From assembly GCF_016806735.1 (NCBI RefSeq), contig NZ_CP060530.1, forward strand, positions 510,001 to 542,000: a stretch of 32,000 nt of DNA, in the 5' to 3' direction. Within the stretch, counting starts at the first letter, position 1; every line of letters begins with the position of its first letter. The translations under genes and the position numbers were made by a program. Below are positions 14,704 to 22,816 of this stretch, in pieces. The notes below the pieces were generated by a model, which saw nothing but the letters and a program-made list of their open reading frames with translations, had not been told where the DNA came from and did not search any database. Source of the stretch: Candidatus Micrarchaeum sp. Its GTDB lineage: Archaea > Micrarchaeota > Micrarchaeia > Micrarchaeales > Micrarchaeaceae.

Positions 14704-15616
14704 TTATATCTTCCCCTCCATCTTCCATTACCTGTTTCCCCAATTCCCTTCCGAGCCCTTCTGGATTGTTTAAGCTGCCCTCAATGCTCTTTCTTACCTG
14801 TTTTTTGCCTTCGATATCGGAAAGGAACCCGGTAATTTTTATGCTCATTCTCTTTTCATCCGCAAGAGCCAATGCCCCTATCGGCACATCGCATCCAATG
14901 CCAAATACTCTCCCGAAAGCTCTTTCCGCAGACGTCTCGGATTCAGCTTTTTTATCCCCTATGCTTTTCATCATCCCTACTATTTTGCTGTCATTGGTGC
15001 GTGCAGTAATGGCCAATGCACCCTGGCCTATGGCAGGCACCATCATGTCTACTCCAAGCTCCTCGAAACCTGTGCTGTAGCCAAGCCTGCGCATTCCGGA
15101 TTCCGCAAGTATTAGAGCATCGACAGCGCCGTTGTCCAAAGCTTTCAGGCGCGTATCTACGTTTCCATGTATGTCCTTTACAACGGCATTTCTAACTATG
15201 CCGGAGACCTGCACCTTTCTGCGTATGCTGCTTGTTCCGATTACTGGGCTGCTCTTGGATTCAAAGCCCTTTCCTTTTATTATGCAGTCAAACGGGCTGT
15301 CCCTTTCCGGAACACAAGCCAGTACAATGCCTTCGTTCAGCTCGTTCTTAAGGTCCTTTAGGCTGTGGACTGCAATGTCTATGGAGCCTTCGGATAGTGC
15401 AGCGTCAATCTCCTTTGTGTATATGTCCTTGTCGGTTGCCTTTTCCGCGCTTCTGTCTATCTTCTCGTTGAGCGTCTTTATCCTTATCAGCTCGCATTTG
15501 ATATCCGGGTATGCTTGCCCTATCTTTCTTGCGACTATTTCAGTCTGTGCTATGGAAAGTGCGCTCCCTCTTGTGCCTATCAGCAGTTTTTCCATGGCGT
15601 CACTTGAAAATATCAT
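14681..15616 (-). CDS. hemC: Porphobilinogen deaminase (hydroxymethylbilane synthase)
   Basis: LLIGTRGSALSIAQTE, AVHSLKDL, GTSSIRR, NVDTRL and the cofactor-Cys region GIGCDVPIGALA are classic HemC motifs. Confidence 0.9.
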   Translation of the reverse strand: MIFSSDAMEKLLIGTRGSALSIAQTEIVARKIGQAYPDIKCELIRIKTLNEKIDRSAEKATDKDIYTKEIDAALSEGSIDIAVHSLKDLKNELNEGIVLACVPERDSPFDCIIKGKGFESKSSPVIGTSSIRRKVQVSGIVRNAVVKDIHGNVDTRLKALDNGAVDALILAESGMRRLGYSTGFEELGVDMMVPAIGQGALAITARTNDSKIVGMMKSIGDKKAESETSAERAFGRVFGIGCDVPIGALALADEKRMSIKITGFLSDIEGKKQVRKSIEGSLNNPEGLGRELGKQVMEDGGEDIIAGNIKG

Positions 15617-16748
15617 ACTTGCTCATAAGCGCGCGCAGGTCGATTCCTTCATCCACCATTATGGACTTTTCCATGTCTTTCTCGGAAACTTTGGCGTATG
15701 CGTCTTTGAGCCTTGCGATGCGCTCAGCCATCCTGTCGAAAAGCATGTTCTTCATCTCTCCGCTCAGGACTTTGCCGCTCCTGTAGTCCTTTGCAAGCTC
15801 TTCGGCCTCTTTTTTGCCAAGGAAATAGCTCTTTAAGTAGAAGAATGCCATGTCAACATCTGGGTTACCTCCGAGCTTCCTGTGCTCTTCGACGCTGGCC
15901 TGCCCTCCGCTGAACGCGCTCATTATCTTGCGCTTTATCTCCTTCTCAGATTCGTTCAGGAATATGCCGTTGTTCCTGGACTTGGACATTTTTTCCCCGT
16001 CAAGCCCTGGCATGAATACGGAATGTATTGCAGCAGGCTTGACCATGCCAAACTTTCCAGCCAGGTCCCTGCAGACCCTCATATGCGAGTCTTCGTCCGA
16101 GCCTATCGGCACCATGACGTCTTCATAGCCTATGGTAAGCGGATATGTTATGTGGGCCGACTGAACTACCGGATAGAAATGCAGCCCTATGTTCTGGTCT
16201 GGCGTGTATCCATATACCGCCTTGACCTCCGAGAGCGTCAGGCCCCTTGAAAGCTTTATGGCCAGGTTGTATATGTTGGTGTAAATATGGTCTATTATGA
16301 ATTTAGTCTTAGAAACGTCGAACCCGTACGCTATCATGGTCCTTGCAAGCATCAGCGAGTTCTTTATCGCTGTTTCCTGTGTGTCCACCTTGCCAGATAC
16401 GTAGCTTTCGTCGTCGGAGATTGGCATGAAGATGTTCACTCCGTATTCCCTCTGGAAAAACAGGTTGGTATCGAAAACCGATATGTGGCCGAGGTGGGGG
16501 AGCCCGCTGGCGTTGAAACCCGAGACTATCGCACACTTTTTCTTGCTTTTAAGGCTGGCCAGGAACCTGTCGAAATCCCTGTGGGAATACATGAGCCCGT
16601 TGTTGAAAGTGTAAAAGTCCGGAACCCCTTTTACATCTGATATCCTGCCTGCGCCAAACTTCTCGATAAGCTTTATATTGTCCGCTTTTATGCTTCCTAT
16701 GGCCTCTTTAACAGAGTTGCCGCTTTCGGAGCCTGACATTCTAACCAC
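15600..16748 (-). CDS. trpS: Tryptophan--tRNA ligase, archaeal/eukaryal type
   Basis: GFNASGLPHLGH (HIGH), PISDDESY, and GEKMSKSRNNGIFL (KMSKS). The 3-prime end overlaps the hemC start by 17 nt. Confidence 0.9.
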   Translation of the reverse strand: MVRMSGSESGNSVKEAIGSIKADNIKLIEKFGAGRISDVKGVPDFYTFNNGLMYSHRDFDRFLASLKSKKKCAIVSGFNASGLPHLGHISVFDTNLFFQREYGVNIFMPISDDESYVSGKVDTQETAIKNSLMLARTMIAYGFDVSKTKFIIDHIYTNIYNLAIKLSRGLTLSEVKAVYGYTPDQNIGLHFYPVVQSAHITYPLTIGYEDVMVPIGSDEDSHMRVCRDLAGKFGMVKPAAIHSVFMPGLDGEKMSKSRNNGIFLNESEKEIKRKIMSAFSGGQASVEEHRKLGGNPDVDMAFFYLKSYFLGKKEAEELAKDYRSGKVLSGEMKNMLFDRMAERIARLKDAYAKVSEKDMEKSIMVDEGIDLRALMSKYDIFK

Positions 16749-16865
16749 GATAACAGTTATGTTCCTGCAAGCTTTTAGCCGTTCACTACAGACCTGGGTT
16801 CAAAAAGCTATTAACCTTGAGCTACAATATATAGAATCTAAAATTATGGCCGATTTGGTGATATT

Positions 16866-17429
16866 GTGGAATGGGACAATTTTGATTATTCGAGAACTAA
16901 GGAAATGCGCAACAATTTCCTGCCTCTGGAAAAGGTAAAGACCTTTGTGGACCTCAAGGATGGCCAGACATTGATGGACGTAGGTGCAGGAGACGGGTTC
17001 TATTCGCTCGCTTTCGCTTCGTACAATCCAGGTTCGGTAATAACAGCTCTTGAGCCTGGCCGCAATGGGTCTGTACTGATAAAAAAGCAAATTTCAGAAC
17101 TTGGCGTAAAGAATATTAGAGTAATTGAAGAAAGCGCCTGCGATGAGCATGACTATTCGCCCTATGACAAGGTTTTTTTCTCAAACGTGTTCCACGACCT
17201 AGAATGCAAGGAGGAGCTGCTTAAGAATTTGTCCAAATCAATGAAAAAAGGCTCGGAACTTATATTCATAGAGTTCAGGAAGGAGGTAGAAATAGGTCCG
17301 CCGCAGCACATCCGCATTTCAGAGAAGGAGCTTGAATCAATGATTGCAAAAGCCGGTTTCAGGCTAGTTGCATCGGAAAGGCTTCAGCTCCACTATATGC
17401 ATAAATATATTAATGAACAGAATAGGTAA
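16866..17429 (+). CDS. Class I SAM-dependent methyltransferase
   Basis: Motif I TLMDVGAGDGFYSLAFA, post-I ALEP, motif-II-like YDKVFFSNVFHDL, and LIFIEF. The start is GTG 16866 or an internal ATG. Confidence 0.75.
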   Translation: MEWDNFDYSRTKEMRNNFLPLEKVKTFVDLKDGQTLMDVGAGDGFYSLAFASYNPGSVITALEPGRNGSVLIKKQISELGVKNIRVIEESACDEHDYSPYDKVFFSNVFHDLECKEELLKNLSKSMKKGSELIFIEFRKEVEIGPPQHIRISEKELESMIAKAGFRLVASERLQLHYMHKYINEQNR

Positions 17430-17430
17430 A

Positions 17431-17434
17431 GGTG
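17431..17434 (+). promoter_or_regulatory. Shine-Dalgarno-like GGTG, 6 nt upstream of GTG 17441
   Basis: The sequence reads taaaGGTGcataaaGTGcgt, immediately after the methyltransferase stop codon (17427-17429). Confidence 0.3.
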
Positions 17435-17440
17435 CATAAA

Positions 17441-17932
17441 GTGCGTAACAATCGCGATCTTGACAGCATAATGGGTGACATCAACGAAAGCGAAGAGCAT
17501 GAAAGAAACGGCTCTGATGATTCGGTTGAGGCAATTGGCGACAAGAACGATTCTTTCGAATCCGATGACGATAACGGTTCCATAATGTCTGTAAGCGAAT
17601 ACGAAAGGATAAGCTTCGATAAGTTCGAGGCAGTAGATCTAAGAGTTGCAAAGATACTTGATGCTGAAGTCCATCAGTCAACCAGAAAGCCTATGTACAA
17701 GCTTACTTTGGACCTTGGCGAGCTCGGCAAAAGGACTATAGTCGCAGGCATAGGCGCGTTTTACGGAAGGGATGAGCTTATAGGAAAGAAAATAGTAGTT
17801 GTGGCAAACCTGGCTCCGCGGACCATAGCTGGAGTTGTTTCCGACGGGATGCTTCTGGCAGCAGAGGACGAGCTCAATGTCTCGTTGATAGTTCCTGACA
17901 AGGACGCTGCTCCGGGCAGCAGAATACACTGA
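17441..17932 (+). CDS. Stand-alone tRNA-binding domain protein (Trbp111/CsaA/EMAP-II-like OB fold) with acidic N-terminal extension
   Basis: The C-terminal ~110 aa match the MetRS-C/Trbp111 fold: FEAVDLRVAKILDAEVHQSTRKPMYKLTLDLGELGKRTIVAGIGAFYGRDELIGKKIVVVANLAPRTIAGVVSDGMLLAAED. The N-terminal ~50 aa are D/E/S/N-rich. The start is ambiguous (17432, 17441, or ATG 17585, which would give only the domain). Confidence 0.8.
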   Translation: MRNNRDLDSIMGDINESEEHERNGSDDSVEAIGDKNDSFESDDDNGSIMSVSEYERISFDKFEAVDLRVAKILDAEVHQSTRKPMYKLTLDLGELGKRTIVAGIGAFYGRDELIGKKIVVVANLAPRTIAGVVSDGMLLAAEDELNVSLIVPDKDAAPGSRIH

Positions 17933-17944
17933 TTTAGTGATTGC

Positions 17945-18430
17945 ATGGACACAAGGGCAAACACCAAAAAGCAGCAAAAACAGGAAGACGAAAAGCCCAT
18001 AATGCAGTTTTTTGAAGGCCTTACGTGGATAAAAAATAAAAAGGAATTCAGGGAATTTGCAGAGTTGGAAGGCGCAAAAATAAGAAAAATTGCAGTCGAG
18101 ATGGGGCTTTCAGGCCAGGGTGCATTGAAAGAGCCGCTAGCTGCAATATACTCCAAGGTCTACTCGTATGCATCAGAGAACCCGGATCTGGAGCCCGAAT
18201 CCCAAGCGGAATTTGCTGTGACAAGGTCTTTGGACTACTTCGAATATATTAGGCATGGTAGGGGGCTGGAAAGCCTGATGAGGGATATGCAGTTCGAGGC
18301 CGCTGCCAAAGGCGAGCAAGGTGTCGACGTATACCTTGATGGGAAGAAGCTGCTCCCTCCGGGCAAGCACAGGAATGGATACTCTGTAGGCATAACTTCA
18401 GACAAAGATAACGAAGCCACAAAAGTTTAA
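17945..18430 (+). CDS. Hypothetical protein (161 aa)
   Basis: Soluble, charged ORF with no recognisable motif. Its stop overlaps the FKBP gene's stop in a TTAA palindrome. Confidence 0.45.
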   Translation: MDTRANTKKQQKQEDEKPIMQFFEGLTWIKNKKEFREFAELEGAKIRKIAVEMGLSGQGALKEPLAAIYSKVYSYASENPDLEPESQAEFAVTRSLDYFEYIRHGRGLESLMRDMQFEAAAKGEQGVDVYLDGKKLLPPGKHRNGYSVGITSDKDNEATKV

Positions 18431-18867
18431 GCGTGCTTCTTTATCTTCGCTACTTTTATCTCAAAGTTCAGGTCCTTGCCTGCGAGCTGCGGATTGAAGT
18501 CAACCTTTATCGTTTTCTCGCCTATGCTGATTACCGTTCCTTCATGGCCGTCCTCGGTTCTCACTCCCATGCCCTCCCTTACGTCTACTTCGCCGAAATT
18601 CTCGGCAGGGACGTCTACTATTAGTTCGTCCTGCTTTTCGCCGTAGGCATCGGCAGCCTTTATTGCAATTTTCTTGGTTTCGTTTAGCTTCATGCCTATA
18701 ACGCCTTCGTCAAAACCCTTTATGAGCTCCCCGGAGCCGACAGTGAAAGCCAGCGGCTCTTTTCCAACATTGGAATCGAATACGGTCCCATTGTCAAGCG
18801 TCCCTGTGTAAAATACTTCTATGCTGTCGCCCTTTTCAACAATCTGTTCGTTTGCTTCTGGCATCAA
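18427..18867 (-). CDS. FKBP-type peptidyl-prolyl cis-trans isomerase (short archaeal SlyD-like type)
   Basis: GDSIEVFYTGTLDNGTVFDSN, LAFTVGSGELIKGFDEGVIGMKLNETKKIAIKAADAYGE, and an insert-in-flap-like segment followed by NPQLAGKDLNFEIKV. Confidence 0.9.
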   Translation of the reverse strand: MMPEANEQIVEKGDSIEVFYTGTLDNGTVFDSNVGKEPLAFTVGSGELIKGFDEGVIGMKLNETKKIAIKAADAYGEKQDELIVDVPAENFGEVDVREGMGVRTEDGHEGTVISIGEKTIKVDFNPQLAGKDLNFEIKVAKIKKHA

Positions 18868-19001
18868 ATCACACGCATATTGACTTCCTAGCCTCCTTTA
18901 ACACTTTCTATGGATTTGGTTTAGCGCTCTCTAAGAAATTTAGCTTCATATAAGTTTTTCCATAAGCGTATACTTTTCGCATGGTGCACATGGCGCAGAG
19001 G

Positions 19002-19009
19002 TTTATATA
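19002..19009 (+). promoter_or_regulatory. TATA-like box about 27 nt upstream of ATG 19032
   Basis: The sequence reads ggTTTATATAcc. The spacing fits a leaderless or near-leaderless archaeal transcript for the ABC operon. Confidence 0.45.
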
Positions 19010-19031
19010 CCAGTAAGAAAAAAGCTTTACG

Positions 19032-19874
19032 ATGATAGAGATAAAAAGGCTCGACAAGCGCTACAGCGACGGCAACCATGCGCTCAAGGGAATAAGCTTT
19101 GACATTGACAAAAGGCTAACTACGGTAATCGGCAGAAACGGGGCAGGAAAGACTACGCTCATGAGGATACTCTCAACCCAGCTGCTGCAGAGCTCAGGCA
19201 CAGTAAGGATAGACGGCCTAGACAACATAACGGAAGCAAAGGAGATAAGGAAAAGGATAGTGAGCATACCGCAGGAAGCAAGCCCTATAGGTTATCTGAC
19301 GCCGATGGAACATCTAAAGATGTACCTATGCGCGAGAGGAATGTCGCTCGGAGATTCCACAATAGAAGCTTCCAGGGCGCTCAAGGAGCTTGAGCTCTGG
19401 CATGCAAGGGACACTCCCTCGGATATGCTTAGCGGAGGCATGAAGCGCAAGATATTTGTGGCTATGGCATTGGCAGCAAATGCTGATACAATCTTTCTCG
19501 ACGAGCCGACTACCGGATTAGACCCGCTTTCAAGGATAGAAGTCTGGTCCGCAATAAAGATGCTCAGGGGCAACATAGTCCTTACAACGCACTACATGGA
19601 AGAAGCGGCAGAGCTTTCCGAGGACGTAATAATGGTGGAATCCGGAAAGGTGCTGGCCAGGGGCACGGTCGGATCGCTGCTGAAGCGCTTCAAGGGGATG
19701 GCCAGGGCCGAAACATCTTCAAAGAATGCAAAGTCAAAATATGTCATAGGCAACACCAGAATAACATACATAAAGCTCTCGGAAGCCGAGAAATACGCAA
19801 AGGAGGGCTATGTAATAAAGCCGATAACGCTGGACGACCTTTTCATAATGCAGGGTGTGGACATTGAATCTTAA
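19032..19874 (+). CDS. ABC transporter ATP-binding protein
   Basis: Walker A GRNGAGKTT, Q-loop IPQE, signature LSGGMKRK, Walker B IFLDEPTTGLD, H-loop TTHYMEEA. Confidence 0.9.
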   Translation: MIEIKRLDKRYSDGNHALKGISFDIDKRLTTVIGRNGAGKTTLMRILSTQLLQSSGTVRIDGLDNITEAKEIRKRIVSIPQEASPIGYLTPMEHLKMYLCARGMSLGDSTIEASRALKELELWHARDTPSDMLSGGMKRKIFVAMALAANADTIFLDEPTTGLDPLSRIEVWSAIKMLRGNIVLTTHYMEEAAELSEDVIMVESGKVLARGTVGSLLKRFKGMARAETSSKNAKSKYVIGNTRITYIKLSEAEKYAKEGYVIKPITLDDLFIMQGVDIES

Positions 19875-20586
19875 ATTTATAGGAACGTTCACCTGGTACT
19901 ACGGCATAAGGTCCATAAAGAGGGGCCCGTCGTACATAATATCTTCTATACTCTACCCGCTAGTATTTCTGTTCCTGATTACCATATTCTCTGCGGGCAA
20001 ATACATTGACTATGCAGTCATAGGAGGCTTCATATCCATAGTCTCAATGAATGCGATATACAGCGGAAGCGATATGGCGTTCCAGAGGCTGCAGCTCAGG
20101 ACCCAGGATCTTTTCGTGGCTACTGGAATAGGCCCCGCGGATTATATGCTGGCTATGGGGCTGAGCTACCTGGCATCATCGCTTCCAGGCCTTGCAGTAT
20201 ATGCTGTAATAGGCATTCTTCTGGGAATATTCGGCATAGCTAGCACTCTAGCATTCATAGTGCTCCTTCTGGCTGTGCTTCTAGGCACAATGGCAATTTC
20301 GTTCACGATATTCGGGTTCATAAAGCACGTAAGGAACATCTGGGGCATAGCTGGCATAGTGAGCATACTGCTTACAGTGCTACCTCCGACGTTTTACCCA
20401 TATACAATACTTCCTAAGGCATTGCTGTATGTATTCATGATATCGCCGATAACTTCTGTGGCAATGCTTGCGCAGGGTGCATTCGGCCTTGCGCCAATGG
20501 CATACTACGCGATACCGGTGCTAATAATAGAGATAATAATATTCTCGCTTATAGGGATAAAGCTGATGCGCTGGAGGGAAAAATAA
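19855..20586 (+). CDS. ABC-2-type transporter permease
   Basis: 243-aa ORF with about 6 hydrophobic spans. It overlaps the ATPase gene by 20 nt and has a GTG start. Confidence 0.8.
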   Translation: MWTLNLKFIGTFTWYYGIRSIKRGPSYIISSILYPLVFLFLITIFSAGKYIDYAVIGGFISIVSMNAIYSGSDMAFQRLQLRTQDLFVATGIGPADYMLAMGLSYLASSLPGLAVYAVIGILLGIFGIASTLAFIVLLLAVLLGTMAISFTIFGFIKHVRNIWGIAGIVSILLTVLPPTFYPYTILPKALLYVFMISPITSVAMLAQGAFGLAPMAYYAIPVLIIEIIIFSLIGIKLMRWREK

Positions 20587-20617
20587 GCATGCAAACGCGT
20601 CTGCGATGTGTAGGCAT

Positions 20618-21523
20618 TCAAAGATCCTGGACGTCAGCGCTTTCCTTTATGAACGTGCCATTCTCAAGCTCCTCGTAAGCCTTTACAAGCTCCTGCTTGT
20701 AGTTCATCACTATCGGGCCGTACCAGGCTACTGGCTCGTTAAGGGGCTTCCCCGAGATCAGCATGAACTTCGCGGTTTCGATTCCAGTGCTTACTGCTAC
20801 CGAATCCCCGCTGCGCTTGTATATTGCCGCGGACCCTTCTTCAATCTCCGTGCCCTTTTCCACCCCCAAGCGGCCCTTGAGCACGTAGGCTATAGCTGTA
20901 TGCCCCTCAGGGATATCCTGAACGAACTGGGAATCCTTCTTCATGTCGACTACATAATAGCTTATCGGTATTGACAGGTCGCTTATCAGCCCTATCGCAT
21001 CGGCACGCCTGCCCGCTATGACCTTTATCCTGTTCCCGTAGCTGTCCGTTACTGCCGGCATGTTTTTGTCTTTTAGGTTCCTGTATTTTGGCTGCGTCAT
21101 CTTGTGCTCCTTTGGAAGATTGACCCAGAGCTGCAGCCCGCTGTTGCCCTCTTTCTCGACCTGCGGCATCTCTTCGTGGAATATGCCGCTTCCGGCGGTC
21201 ATCCACTGCAGCTCTCCGCTGCCTATGACTCCCGAAACGCCGGTGCTGTCCCTGTGCTTCACCTTTCCTTCCAATATGTAAGTGACGGTCTCTATGCCCC
21301 TGTGCGGGTGCCATGGAAAGCCTTTCTCATAATCCTTCGGGTCCTTGGATCCGAAATTGTCAAGAAGCAGGAACGGGTCCGTGTACCTTGCGGCATTCTG
21401 GCCCCCGAAAATCCTTCTAAGCTTAACCCCTGCGCCGTCATAAGAGTACTGCCCTTCTATGGCCATTTCAAGCTCTTTTCTCATGATGCCAATATCTGCG
21501 TTTTTAATATTTAGCCTTTTCAT
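20618..21523 (-). CDS. Pirin-family bicupin protein
   Basis: GFPWHPHRGIETVTYILEGKVKHRDSTG (metal-binding H-x-H...E region), LQWMTAGSGIFHEE, GLQLWVNLP, and a second cupin half. Confidence 0.9.
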   Translation of the reverse strand: MKRLNIKNADIGIMRKELEMAIEGQYSYDGAGVKLRRIFGGQNAARYTDPFLLLDNFGSKDPKDYEKGFPWHPHRGIETVTYILEGKVKHRDSTGVSGVIGSGELQWMTAGSGIFHEEMPQVEKEGNSGLQLWVNLPKEHKMTQPKYRNLKDKNMPAVTDSYGNRIKVIAGRRADAIGLISDLSIPISYYVVDMKKDSQFVQDIPEGHTAIAYVLKGRLGVEKGTEIEEGSAAIYKRSGDSVAVSTGIETAKFMLISGKPLNEPVAWYGPIVMNYKQELVKAYEELENGTFIKESADVQDL

Positions 21524-21629
21524 AAAATCGTTTTTATACGTTTACAAAATCAGCAAGCGAAAAGTGAAGAGTTGCGGTAACGCTAATATTCTTTAGGCTC
21601 AAAATCTACAGTATAAGATTGACGCTTTG

Positions 21630-22271
21630 ATGATTTGCTTGGGATTGGGCTTAATAATAACGATAATAATCATAGCTTTCGACTTCCTGATATCAATGTG
21701 GGATGCCTATGCAGGGGGCTACAGCCTGGGAATGATGAAGAAAAACGGGGATCCCTCAAAGTTCAGGAAGATATCCGCGTATGCTGCAGTTGGCCTGGGG
21801 CTCGTTGGCGCGACATACGTGATGGCAATAGTCATAGGCTTCATAGCTTATTATCTGGCTTACATATCGCTCTCAACCCTGGAATTCGTCCTGAGCTTTG
21901 ACTTCATATTCCTTGGAATTCTGATAATAGGATTCGGCTTCATAATAACAATACAGTCTATAATAATAGCGGCCAAGCGCAGGAGTGTGTGGAGCATATT
22001 GATAGCGCTGTTCAACTCTTTCATAATCGCTTTTGATATTTACATATATGTTACTTCTTTCAGGGAATCCCTAAGCGTGATAAGGCGCACAGGCAGGAGA
22101 AGCCAGGGCAACGGCCTCATGATAGTGCTGATAGCTGCCCTCATAGCTGCGCTCATGGTGCATGCGGCATACAAGCATGGGTACAAGAAAGCGCTTGGGG
22201 CTACGCCACAGCAAAGTTCCAGGGGCGGGAGGGGCTTCAGAAGCACCGGCATGGTAGAGGGCAAAGGCTGA
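21630..22271 (+). CDS. Hypothetical polytopic membrane protein with Arg/Gly-rich C-terminal tail
   Basis: About 5 hydrophobic spans, with the tail ...TPQQSSRGGRGFRSTGMVEGKG. The track starts the ORF at TTG 21627; ATG 21630 is the next codon. No family recognised. Confidence 0.5.
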   Translation: MICLGLGLIITIIIIAFDFLISMWDAYAGGYSLGMMKKNGDPSKFRKISAYAAVGLGLVGATYVMAIVIGFIAYYLAYISLSTLEFVLSFDFIFLGILIIGFGFIITIQSIIIAAKRRSVWSILIALFNSFIIAFDIYIYVTSFRESLSVIRRTGRRSQGNGLMIVLIAALIAALMVHAAYKHGYKKALGATPQQSSRGGRGFRSTGMVEGKG

Positions 22272-22367
22272 TCAAAAAAGGGAAAAACCGCATATAATTT
22301 ACAAATGTCAAAGCATGCTGCCGTGCATATTAAATATCTTATAAATGGATAAACGAGTGTGATATAT

Positions 22368-22706
22368 ATGAAAGTGGCAATACCTTGCAATAAGGAAAAG
22401 ATGCTTGTTCCATTGGACCAGGCAGAGCTTATAGTGCTCTACAATGACGAAGACAAGAGCATAGTTGAGAACGAGAACCCTGGATACGGCAGCAAAGAGG
22501 CTACAATGTCCATGGTCCTGAGAGAAGCTCCTGATGTCATAGCGGTAAAGGAAGGTGTAATGTGCCCCGGCTCTTACATGATGTCGCAGGGAAGCATAAA
22601 GTATGCGCTTGTAAAGAGCGATAGTGCTAGCGACATAATAGCAAACAAAGAGTATGAGGACGCAAAGGAAGAGCTCGCAGAAGAGATATTTGCGGAGAAC
22701 GACTAA
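22368..22706 (+). CDS. Small NifX/NifB-like (dinitrogenase FeMo-cofactor-biosynthesis domain-like) protein; function tentative
   Basis: MKVAIPCNKE..., AELIVLY..., PDVIAVKEGVMCPGSYMMSQGSIKYALV resemble the ~110-aa archaeal MTH1175-type fold pattern. An A/T-rich box (22330-22348) sits about 28 nt upstream of ATG 22368. Confidence 0.4.
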   Translation: MKVAIPCNKEKMLVPLDQAELIVLYNDEDKSIVENENPGYGSKEATMSMVLREAPDVIAVKEGVMCPGSYMMSQGSIKYALVKSDSASDIIANKEYEDAKEELAEEIFAEND

Positions 22707-22710
22707 TCGT

Positions 22711-22750
22711 TCTCTTTTTCTTATCCTATTCTCCTATTTTTGGTTTTTAT
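22711..22750 (+). terminator. Pyrimidine-rich tract with three T5 runs (candidate archaeal intrinsic terminator)
   Basis: T5 runs at 22715-22719, 22737-22741 and 22744-22748, directly after stop codon 22704-22706. Oligo-T tracts are the known archaeal termination signal. Confidence 0.4.
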
Positions 22751-22806
22751 GCTATTGGAAGCATCTGCACGAAAGCGATAAATATAACCTAATGCAGAGA
22801 TATATC

Positions 22807-22810
22807 GGTG
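22807..22810 (+). promoter_or_regulatory. Shine-Dalgarno-like GGTG, 6 nt upstream of ATG 22817
   Basis: The sequence reads tcGGTGcctattATGgca, almost identical to the 7284 box. Confidence 0.35.
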
Positions 22811-22816
22811 CCTATT

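Noticed and set aside
16678-16938. 86-aa ORF spanning the trpS/methyltransferase divergent promoter region.
   Set aside because: It overlaps the trpS start on the opposite strand and the methyltransferase gene in another frame, and it has no motifs. The methyltransferase frame carries the SAM-binding motif.
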